This document shows positions 56,182 to 64,000 of a stretch of DNA of 64,000 bases, piece after piece. This stretch comes from a virus (taxonomy: Duplodnaviria > Caudoviricetes): positions 1 through 64,000 of IMG/VR virus record IMGVR_UViG_2524023228_000003. One strand, given 5' to 3'. The notes below the pieces were generated by a model. It was given only the letters and a program-made list of their open reading frames with translations, was not told where the DNA came from and made no database searches. Numbering within the stretch: position 1 is the stretch's first letter; every line of letters starts with the position of its first letter. Position numbers and translations under genes: made by a program.

Positions 56182-56463
56182 TCAGAGGATCTTGAAGACG
56201 CTGTCGGGGAACGTCGCCATTCGCCAGTTCTCGACGAACAATTCGAACTCGATCGCCTCTGCCGGCGAGAGGCTCCAGTGCGGGCGCACCATGACGATGC
56301 GCTGCCAGCCCTTGCCGGGCAGGCGCTGGCCTATCCCGAGGCACGCCCACATGTTCGCGTCGAGCTGAAAGGCGTCGCGATACTGGATAGCGACATCACG
56401 GCTGTAGGCGACGATGACGTGCGGTTTCGCCCGCTCGACGGGCACGTAGTCGTACTCACCCAT
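56182..56463 (-). CDS. Hypothetical protein
   Basis: MGEYDYVP start with RBS AAGGA directly downstream of tRNA-Gly. Confidence 0.55.
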   Translation of the reverse strand: MGEYDYVPVERAKPHVIVAYSRDVAIQYRDAFQLDANMWACLGIGQRLPGKGWQRIVMVRPHWSLSPAEAIEFELFVENWRMATFPDSVFKIL

Positions 56464-56477
56464 GTTCGATTTCCTTT

Positions 56478-56552
56478 TGGAGCGAGGGGTGGGACTCGAA
56501 CCCACAACCACCTGTTTGGAAGACAGGCGCTCTACCGTTGAGCTACCCCAGC
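56478..56552 (-). tRNA. trnG: tRNA-Gly(TCC)
   Basis: D arm GCTCAACGGTAGAGC, CCTGT-CTTCCAA-ACAGG, GTGGGTTCGAGTCCCAC, discriminator T + CCA. Confidence 0.92.
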
Positions 56553-56556
56553 AATT

Positions 56557-56814
56557 TCAGCGACGAGTTTTCGGCGGGAGCCATGGCTCCGCGAACACAC
56601 CCTTCTCCATCGCGACAGCCTGCACGGCGCGGCGAACCTCGTCGATATGGCCTTCCTTGATTGCCATGACGGGTGTCGCGCCGCCGAGCAGGTCGTTGCT
56701 TCGCGACATGAAGAACGATGCCTCGGCCACACCAACGAGCGGGTCGAGGATTTTCATCAGCTCGAAGGCGATCATGGCCTTCGGGCTGGTCGAAATCGGA
56801 TCAGCCTTGGTCAT
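56557..56814 (-). CDS. Stand-alone Xre/MbcA/ParS antitoxin C-terminal (DUF2384-like) domain
   Basis: A..FMSRSNDLLGGATPVMAIKEGHIDEVRRAV fits the A..W/F...N..LGG-x-TP...G...V pattern. Confidence 0.65.
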   Translation of the reverse strand: MTKADPISTSPKAMIAFELMKILDPLVGVAEASFFMSRSNDLLGGATPVMAIKEGHIDEVRRAVQAVAMEKGVFAEPWLPPKTRR

Positions 56815-57232
56815 GGCTCAGCACCATCACGCGACCGCCGGTACCGGGGTCGAAATGCATGGCGGCCTGCACGGCCTCCTTTGCGGTTGCACCGGTCCAG
56901 AAGGCGCCAAGCGCGAACTCCTTGCCGGAGCCGAAGGAGAAGTACGGCGCCCGAAACTCGACAGTGCCGCCCGGCTCGAAATATTTGATCGGCCCTGGCT
57001 TCTTGACGATCACGCCTTTGTCTCCGTCTTCGACGATCGGAGGATCACCCTCCTCGCCGCCCAAGAACCAGCGGTGGAAGGCCTGCACCCAAGCGCAATC
57101 TCCTGCACCGCCGCACAGCGCGCCGTCGTCACGCCGGACGATCTTGACAACGTTCTCCGCGATGATGGCCGTTCCCTGGATCATCCGCGTGTCCGCGGCC
57201 AGGATGCCGGCCCTGTAGGCGATCGTGGTCAT
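56801..57232 (-). CDS. HslV/proteasome-beta-like Ntn-hydrolase
   Basis: MTTIAY..LAADT..KI..GGAG..FGSGKEFALGA..A..AV..D..TGG. Confidence 0.75.
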   Translation of the reverse strand: MTTIAYRAGILAADTRMIQGTAIIAENVVKIVRRDDGALCGGAGDCAWVQAFHRWFLGGEEGDPPIVEDGDKGVIVKKPGPIKYFEPGGTVEFRAPYFSFGSGKEFALGAFWTGATAKEAVQAAMHFDPGTGGRVMVLSHDQG

Positions 57233-58900
57233 GCGGCATCCCTCTCGAAGATGATGAAGTCGATCTCCCGCTCGATCTCATCGAGGTAGAAGTCGATCAG
57301 GCGCTTGGTGAGCCGTGTCTGTCGCAACCGGCTCTGGCAGCGGACGATGTTTCCGCGCCGCCAGCTCTGCGAATACATCCGCGATGCGGCGTGCGCCGCG
57401 CTGAACAGCTGCTCCATCAGATCGGGACCTCGTAGATAATCTTGGCAATGGCCATGTGCGCGAACCGCGGCCACTCCTCCTCGGTGAGGCCATGGAAGCG
57501 GGCGAGCGCCCGGGCATGATGGACGTACATCGGCGTCTGCAGGAACTCGGCCATCTCGGCCGAGATGCCGCTGTCGCGTGGCGACTTAGCCACTCGTTCC
57601 AGACACTGGTGAGAAAGCCGACGCCGATCAGGATCAGGATGACACCGATCGCATTCGTCATCATGACTTGGCCTTGCGCTTCCGCGGGGTCTTCCGCTTC
57701 GGCTTTGCCGGCGTCGCGACCGAGATAGCTCCGATGACAGCCTCGACGGCCTTCTCCATCGCAAAGCGGACGATCATGTCGTCAGCCATGTGCGCCGGCA
57801 CGTCGTGACAGGTGATCGTTTCCTGGGACTGAGGTTCCTCAGCCGGCCCGATGTCATCCACGCACAGCGAGTAGCGGAGCAGGCGGATGTGGCCGGGAGC
57901 CCAGGGCACGCGCCGCCAGCGCTTGACCTCTGCATCGAGATGTTCGAGCGCGAGATCAACGAGTTCGTCTGGCACGACCTGCGACATTCCGGCCTCTTGA
58001 AGGGTGACCCGGGCTGCCTGGGGCAGGCCGCGGGCTCTGGTTAAACTTGGATGCCTGCCGCACGCAGGCTGTGTTCGTATTCGGATGGTGATCCGAGGAG
58101 CTGACGCATCAGTTCCTCCTCGATCTTCTTGGCCCAGTACTCGGAGAGCTTCTGGGCTTGCGCTTCTCGCTCCGGGGTCATCTCGATGTCGGCTTTGATC
58201 ACCTGATTTGTGACCGTGTAGGTCGTGATCCGCTGATCGCGCGCGGCACGACGATCGCGCCCAACGATGGTGTCGCGCTTGAACTCGGCGAGCGGCCCTT
58301 TCATCGGACCAGCTCCTTGGCTTTCGCCAGCGGGCCGTCGAGGCAGACCGAGACGTGGGTTGCGTTCGCCCGCAGCCGGCAGTCGTCATGGCGCGGCACC
58401 GCGATGCCGAGCACGTAGCCGACGACGAAGCCGGCGACGCATCCCAAGGCCACGCCTTGCAGATAGCGAGCCAGCGGGCTCGGGGCCGCGGCCGATGATT
58501 GGTTTAAATCTGGCGCGGAGCGCCCGCGCCGTCCGCGTTCCTCGCGGACAAGCGCCTCCGCTCGCGCCAGGATTACATCCTTGCGCTCGGGAGAGACGCG
58601 GTCGAGGAGTTCAGTCATCGAGACCTCCGAACAGCTTGAAGATCAGGACGACGATCAGCGCAGTGGCGATCGCGCAGCCGCCGAGTGCCGCGAGCTTGAG
58701 CGTCCACTTGAACAGGACGGCCAGAAATTCGATGTCCGCAGTCATCCGAAGACCCGTTCCTTCGCTCTGCGGGCCAGCCAGAACAGGCCGAGCACCGCGG
58801 CGGCGACAGCCGGGGTCAGAACCATCGCGGCGAGGTACTGGATCATCTCTGCGCTCACTGCCGGTTCCTCCGTTTGCATTCAAGCAAGCGCATGGACATA
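57229..58900 (-). CDS. Run of small coupled hypothetical phage ORFs (including about 57661-57990, 58041-58304, 58301-58618, 58611-58745)
   Basis: ATGA-type overlaps and phage codon usage; individual starts uncertain, and one apparent frameshift near 57590. Confidence 0.5.
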
Positions 58901-59300
58901 CCGAACTCGTGTCGCCTGGCTCTGTTCGGTCTTTAAACGCTACCAGCCCTGAGGGTCGTACGGCGTGCGTGCCGAATAGCATGGGGTTTGTGGGTCCGGA
59001 CGCCGCCCAAAGTCCCGGTTGATTGCCGGGCCATGTCCCTGGGGCCTGGCTCCCGTTTGCACGAATGCTAACGATACAGCAAGTCCTACCCCAGGGGGTG
59101 GGGTTCTGTCAACCCCTGGCGCTTGGCCCGAATGCAAATGGAACCAGGTTTTCACACCTGGGGCCAATTTCCGGCCGAACTGTTGAAACTCGCCGGCCAT
59201 CGGTTACCTATCGAGGCGGCGGAAACAACGAGCCAGCGACCCGCCCCGCAGGGGGGAGAATCTTGGTTCTTAGGTGATGGTTATAGTGATGGTTTATGGT

Positions 59301-59394
59301 GTCATCCTGGTTGACACCCCTGTCGTCCTAATTGACACCCCCCTGTCATCCTGGTTGACACCCCCCTGTCATTTGAGTTGACACCCCTGTCAAC
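59301..59394. repeat. Four tandem TTGACA-C(4-6)-TGTC palindromic repeats (iteron-like)
   Basis: Copies start at 59311, 59332, 59355 and 59378; the last is a perfect GTTGACA-CCCC-TGTCAAC palindrome. Confidence 0.85.
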
Positions 59395-59403
59395 GAGGAC
59401 GAC

Positions 59404-59846
59404 ATGACGCAGCTCACCCGCAAGCCCGACAACGACCCTCACCTGCCCGGTGGCTGGTTCGTCTACTGGGGCGATGTCCGCGTCGGACACATTGGTCCAC
59501 GAGCCGGCGTTCCTGTTCACGCTCCGCAATGGGGGTGGAACTGCGGCTTCACTCCGGGCTGCGATCCGGGCCAGTCGACTCACGGGACAGCAGAGACCTT
59601 CGAGGACGACAGGGCCGGCTTCGAGCGCGACTGGCGTCGACTCCTGCCGACCAGGACCGAAGCTCACTTCGAGCTGTGGCGGCAGAAGCGTGACTATGAG
59701 GCTGGAAGCAGAGGATGTGGGACGAACACAGGCGGCTGCCGAGCCAGAACACCTCCGGCCAGTCGCATTGCTTCTGCGGCGAGCCGTTGACCAACAATTC
59801 GGTCCCCGGTCACATCCAGAAGGCACACAGGGGGCTGGGCGCATGA
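59404..59846 (+). pseudogene. Hypothetical protein with a 1-bp frameshift near 59703
   Basis: VYWGDVRVGHI..QWGWNCGF..AGFERDWRRLL; one added base gives EAWKQRMWDEHRRLPSQN..CFCG..HIQKAH*. Confidence 0.55.
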
Positions 59847-60065
59847 GCATTCGCCCGCGACTCCGTGAGACCGACGAGGGGGTCGACCACTCCACCCTGA
59901 CTTCATCGAGGGCAATGTCGGGCGGCCGATTGGATCACAGCTCCCTTCCGTGCAGGACAGGACTTCAGATGAAAGCCCGGTGCCAACACTCGTCGCCTGC
60001 TAGACAAAGACGCCCGGCCGTTTCGTCGCTATCCTAGGAGCTGCCAAGCCAACTAGGAGCGAGCG

Positions 60066-60326
60066 ATGCACAGCGCGATCATTCAAATCGAATTACCTGA
60101 CCGGTCCCAACGCGGAGAGGATTGGAGTGCCTTCAACGATAGTATCGCGACCAAGATAAGAGGTTCGACCAAAGGAGTTGAACGGCTAGCCGAAAATGTC
60201 TGGCAGGTGAATTTTCAGATTGCCCCATCCGCTCTTGCTTGGCTTGTTTCGACGGCGGAGCGGAATCGGCTGTCCTATAAAATTTTGCCATTTGCCGCTG
60301 AGCCTCAATGGCTTCCGGTCTCGTGA
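60066..60326 (+). CDS. Hypothetical 86-aa protein (AT-richer patch)
   Basis: RBS GGAG; compact alpha/beta pattern. Confidence 0.55.
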   Translation: MHSAIIQIELPDRSQRGEDWSAFNDSIATKIRGSTKGVERLAENVWQVNFQIAPSALAWLVSTAERNRLSYKILPFAAEPQWLPVS

Positions 60327-60819
60327 AAACCCACGACCATTCGAGCCCGGAATGGTTAGACCAAGCACCTCCGTTAAACGTTTAAGGGTGACACGCGCTG
60401 CGGAGCGCTTATGTTTTCAATCGCCTCGGATGCCAGTCCGGGGCGATTTCCCTTTACATCAAAATCATCAATAGGGGCTAGACCATGGGAGCGGCAGAGG
60501 CATCGATCCTTCTTGGATTCGGATGGGCGATGTTTCACTTCACGTACCCACCAACAATATCAGGTACTTAGCTGCTTCAGTTCGGCCTTCGTTTGAGCGC
60601 ATTGAGTTCTGACAATCTAGCTTCTCTCGGCCAACCGAAGGAAACGACATGACGTTGTATCGGCTAAAGCCTCAGGCGGACGCCAAGTCCCTGCGTGAGG
60701 AAATGATCCGCCATGGCATGTGCCCAGATGCCTCGATCCGCCTCGTTAGGTTCGACGCCCTGGCGCGCGTCTGGATCGTTGAGCAATAGGACCAGAGCCA
60801 GCGGCCCGACCACCGGAAT

Positions 60820-61059
60820 TTAGGGTTTTCGCCGGAACAGCTTGATTAGCCCAATGATCGGCCAGCCGATCAGATATTGGAAAACGAATCCGAGAAGCAT
60901 GATCGGCACCAAGATCGGCGAGTAAGCCAGCATGGCAAGTGCTACCAGCCACCCCTGGATATGGAGCGCCACCCCCGCGCCAAAAGCGTATTCCCGACGC
61001 AATGACGTAGACCGCAAAGACTGCCGCCCAAATGGCGACCGCAACGTTCTCCGCCTCAA
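60820..61059 (-). CDS. Hypothetical membrane protein (start uncertain)
   Basis: Long hydrophobic stretch LVALAMLAYSPILVPIMLLGFVFQYLIGWPIIGL. Confidence 0.4.
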   Translation of the reverse strand: MRRRTLRSPFGRQSLRSTSLRREYAFGAGVALHIQGWLVALAMLAYSPILVPIMLLGFVFQYLIGWPIIGLIKLFRRKP

Positions 61060-61221
61060 CGAGTGTCAGGTTTGGCACGCGGCTTCACCACGGCCTTGAA
61101 GGCGCGCTTGTGACCCGCCTCAGTCTCGTCTGCCTTGTGCTCTTTGGCGGCCTCTAGGAGGCGCTTGGACTGTTCTGGTTCATCAGGTGTGCGCTTGGGG
61201 TGAACTGGCCTGTTCATTGTT

Positions 61222-61719
61222 TTAGAAGCCCTCATCCGGGAATTCCTCCCTCAACATTTCGAGCAAGCTCATCGACTCGACATTAAAGGCCTTACAGGCT
61301 GTTACCATTTTCCGACTTGGGCGCTGTGTGTCGGTTTCCTCACAGACCACCCGGTACCGCGTCGGGTTAGATGTAGCGTTTAAGTGGGCGGCGGTGGCGA
61401 CGATATATTGATCCGCTCGTTCTTTCCGCCTTCTCGCGCCTGCCATCGTTGAGAATTGATGCGTCACCCGACCTACAAGCATCAAATATTCAATATCAGA
61501 AATCCGCTTCACAAAACGGATGTAGTGCTGCTCTAGCCACGCCTTGACCCACGGACATCTATCAACTTCATCCCATGCTTCCGGCGGACATTGTATTTTC
61601 CCGTCGTCGATTAGCTTGCCGAGAAAGAAGAGAATCCGGTTTTGTGCTGGATTTCCCTCAACGGAAATCCAACTTGAAGCATCGATGACGTATCGATTAT
61701 GGCCGCCAGCCGAAACCAG
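61222..61719 (-). CDS. PIN-like DUF4411-type protein
   Basis: Manual extension upstream of the ORF-track start gives YVIDASSWI..PEAWDEV..ADQYIVATA..VVCEE..KM..AC..V..LLEML; probable CTG start overlapping the ImmA stop. Confidence 0.7.
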   Translation of the reverse strand: MVSAGGHNRYVIDASSWISVEGNPAQNRILFFLGKLIDDGKIQCPPEAWDEVDRCPWVKAWLEQHYIRFVKRISDIEYLMLVGRVTHQFSTMAGARRRKERADQYIVATAAHLNATSNPTRYRVVCEETDTQRPSRKMVTACKAFNVESMSLLEMLREEFPDEGF

Positions 61720-62866
61720 CTTCGCGCTCCATTATTTTAGCGCGTAGCTTCGCAAAGTTGGAGGCTTGGACGTCAAGCATTTCGAATGCATCTAGTTGAT
61801 TGATGCGCTTTCGGTCTAAGGCCTCCAAGACAACTTTGATGTGCTGCACACCCAGCCTGTTCGCGATCTTGTCGTAATACGGCACGATTGGTGGCTTACT
61901 ATCTTTTTTCTCCCTGACGCGCCACTCAGAGACCTTCACATTGAAAAATCCATCGGGAGCTAGGTCGAGGTTCTCTAGGTGGAGAGCTACAGCGCTCATG
62001 CTGGTTTTGAAGACGCCACCTATCTTCCTTAGGTGGGTGTCCGTCCAATAGTTTCGGAAGCCACCGCCAACAGAAAGCGCAGCGCCCCTAAATTCTTGTG
62101 CAGGCATCAAGAAATATGCCGCGAATTTATTGCAGTACTCCTCGTTCGCGTCCCTGGATCGATGATCCGTTATGGCGCTCTGTCGAAGTAGCAGATGGGC
62201 GTATTCATGGAATAGCGTGAAAGATCGGGCGGCCGGGAAGGCTTCATTAGAATTGATGACGATGACAGGAATTTTCCGTTCGTCAAAAATAGCCATGCCG
62301 CGCCAGTCATCGGTAGTGCTGGCATTTACTTGATAGACGAACACGCCTTGGGCTTCCACTAAGGAACGCAGCGTCTTGAAGGCTGTCGCGTCTGTCTTCC
62401 AAGCAGCTTGAGTACTGACATCAAGTCCGACGCGGCTCCGCTCATCGACGGCAACCTTTTCCGCACCGGTGGCAAAGCTGGCTTTAGGAAGTTTGTTGGC
62501 GAAAAGAGCGGGGTCGGCATCACGCAAATCGGCCATGGCATCAATCAACACATTGATGTCATCCATCTCCATGAGCAATTCTGGATTCCACTTCCCCGGG
62601 GCTCCGCTCCCGTGCGTTCGGAAGTCCTGAAGCTTTAGGCGCGTTTCAGAAGGAAGCACATCGGGCATTAGGAGAGAAGAAAATCCAATCTCGTACTTGG
62701 CGGACATGTTTCGGAGTTCGCCAACGGATGGATGGCGCGCACCGCTTTCAAGCTCAAGCAATTCTTCTTCAGGGACACCAAGCCGTGCCGCCGCTCCGGG
62801 TACGTCAAACCCTCGCTCAAGGCGAGCCCAGATCAATACTTTTGGGTTGACTGGAACGTCGGTCAC
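61697..62866 (-). CDS. XRE HTH + ImmA/IrrE (M78) zinc metallopeptidase
   Basis: NPKVLIWAR..A-x-RLGV..LESG..PSVGEL HTH; RSFTLFHEYAHLLL..EEYCNKFAAYFLMP; start placed at GTG 62866 by inference. Confidence 0.88.
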   Translation of the reverse strand: MTDVPVNPKVLIWARLERGFDVPGAAARLGVPEEELLELESGARHPSVGELRNMSAKYEIGFSSLLMPDVLPSETRLKLQDFRTHGSGAPGKWNPELLMEMDDINVLIDAMADLRDADPALFANKLPKASFATGAEKVAVDERSRVGLDVSTQAAWKTDATAFKTLRSLVEAQGVFVYQVNASTTDDWRGMAIFDERKIPVIVINSNEAFPAARSFTLFHEYAHLLLRQSAITDHRSRDANEEYCNKFAAYFLMPAQEFRGAALSVGGGFRNYWTDTHLRKIGGVFKTSMSAVALHLENLDLAPDGFFNVKVSEWRVREKKDSKPPIVPYYDKIANRLGVQHIKVVLEALDRKRINQLDAFEMLDVQASNFAKLRAKIMEREAGFGWRP

Positions 62867-63048
62867 AGCGGAGACGAGTCCCGATAGGTTAGGCGCTTGC
62901 CCAGCGTACCACGAATCGCTGCCTTTGCACGTTGAACGTCGCGGGGAAATGCGATGCCGAGCCCGGTCCAATTCATCCGGTCTATGATGCGCAACCCTTC
63001 TGGGTTGCCGTCGGGAACGAAGATGCGAATGGTGTATGGATCAGCCAC
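62863..63048 (-). pseudogene. 5' fragment of a GIY-YIG/DUF4357-type gene
   Basis: TIRIFVPDGNPEGLRII..NWTG..FPR resembles the N-terminus of that family, then loses similarity. Confidence 0.5.
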
Positions 63049-63263
63049 GTTTCCCCTAGAGGCGCCTGGCGGAAGATTATGAGCATTGGTTGTGACGCTG
63101 CCAATAGCCCGTGAAAAGTAAGGTCTCGCATTTTGACCGGAAATGCCTAGCTATCGGGCATGGGCCCTGGAGCAACTCGCCGCGCTCGATAGGGATCTGA
63201 TCTGAGCGCGGAGCGCTCGCTACCCACGCCCGTGGCGGATATGATCTGGCTCTCAACGGGGTC

Positions 63264-63458
63264 ATGACTATGAGCGACGTGGCAGCGGAGAAGGCACGAC
63301 TGATGAAGGTTGCTGAGGCGATCGTCAACGAGATGGACCGCCAGGGCATCGCCGACGCGGTCGCCGATCTCGGCTTCGACATCATGGCGCTGGCGCGGGT
63401 GGTGGTCAGAGCAGCGGACGGCGACGTGATCCCGTTCCGGCGGCCACCGGGTCATTAG
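63264..63458 (+). CDS. Hypothetical 64-aa protein
   Basis: Coherent helical ORF ending VIPFRRP. Confidence 0.55.
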   Translation: MTMSDVAAEKARLMKVAEAIVNEMDRQGIADAVADLGFDIMALARVVVRAADGDVIPFRRPPGH

Positions 63459-64000
63459 AGCGCGGAGTGCTCGCCGGCCATGATGCGTTTGCGTGTCATC
63501 CGAGGCGGCCATGATACGCAAAGGCGTCATCGGGCGCCGCCGCGGGATTGGGACTCTCTTCAGGGCGAAGCCCTCGCCGGACATGCTCATTGACGGTCGG
63601 CCGGAATCATCGTTCGATGTCGGCCTCAGCCCCCACGGCTGAGACTCCGCACGAAGGCGAGACCTCAACCTTGGCCCCCAGCCGCGAGGTCTCGCCGCGG
63701 CGTATCTGGTGGCGAAGCCCTCGCTGGCCGCGGCCATATTCGCCAGATCGGCCATATTTACTGCGCAGTGAAAATGGCCTTTTTGGCCAGCGCGCCGCCG
63801 AGCTGGGGCCCCAAAACGGGGTGGGTCTTTTCCGAGCCACCCCCCTGTCAGAAATTTGCATACGTTTTTCGGACAGGGCCGCCCCAATGCAAACGGCCAG
63901 AGGAGCCCTAGGAGCGGCCTGCCAGTTCAGGGACCTCAGTCGCGGGCCGTCCCGTTCAGCGCACACAGCCCCGGTTTCTGCAAGGCCTGAGTGGCAATTG

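Larger units (their letters stand above)
174..59400. mobile_element. Prophage with contractile (P2/Mu-like) tail; boundaries approximate, probably partly decayed
   Basis: Contiguous terminase, portal, scaffold, capsid, neck, baseplate, sheath, tube, tape measure and lysis genes on the minus strand, phage-type small ORFs on both sides, and a broken replication gene near 59.3 kb. No integrase or att site recognised. Confidence 0.9.

Noticed and set aside
59301-59394. CRISPR array
   Set aside because: Units are only 21-23 nt, nearly contiguous, without unique spacers; no cas genes.
60066-60326. Cas2/VapD-like nuclease
   Set aside because: Only a vague resemblance (ERLAENVW); too little to call.
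63460-64000. ORFs, or an att/cos site, at the right end
   Set aside because: Translations are low-information; no repeat matching the tRNAs or the left end was found by eye.

Overview
Most of this window (about 0.2-59.4 kb) is a GC-rich alphaproteobacterial prophage; a Bradyrhizobium-like host is inferred from the gene families and was not verified. It has a P2/Mu-type contractile tail. A rightward block (2.4-5.8 kb) holds a dCMP deaminase, a free-standing LAGLIDADG endonuclease, an MT-A70 methyltransferase and a TIGR02594-type peptidase. This block converges on a long leftward block (12.3-59 kb). In genome order the leftward block holds nucleotide-metabolism genes, lysis genes, tail/baseplate, head, terminase, a second displaced set of fibre genes, three tRNAs, one tRNA-like element and the wreck of a replication gene with iterons. 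At the convergence point sits a visibly AT-richer five-gene island (6.1-11.3 kb): DGQHR protein + GIY-YIG nuclease facing a Dam-family methyltransferase + a PD-(D/E)XK/DGQHR/HEPN three-domain protein + a small ORF. It has no dnd/ssp phosphorothioation genes and is the best candidate for an undescribed defence system. Other notable items: (1) a LAGLIDADG domain inserted in-frame into a nucleoside deoxyribosyltransferase-like gene with no intein motifs; (2) a tRNA-like gene whose anticodon loop is replaced by a GCAA tetraloop; (3) a repeated intergenic TTGC-N6-GCAA operator; (4) an orphan Xre/MbcA/ParS antitoxin domain; (5) a P2-type TTTTTTG -1 frameshift; (6) an XRE-ImmA + PIN-like pair at 61-63 kb. 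Several genes carry frameshifts, from decay or assembly error. No integrase, repressor or att site was recognised, so the prophage boundaries are uncertain. All family assignments come from motif recognition by eye; no database search was run.
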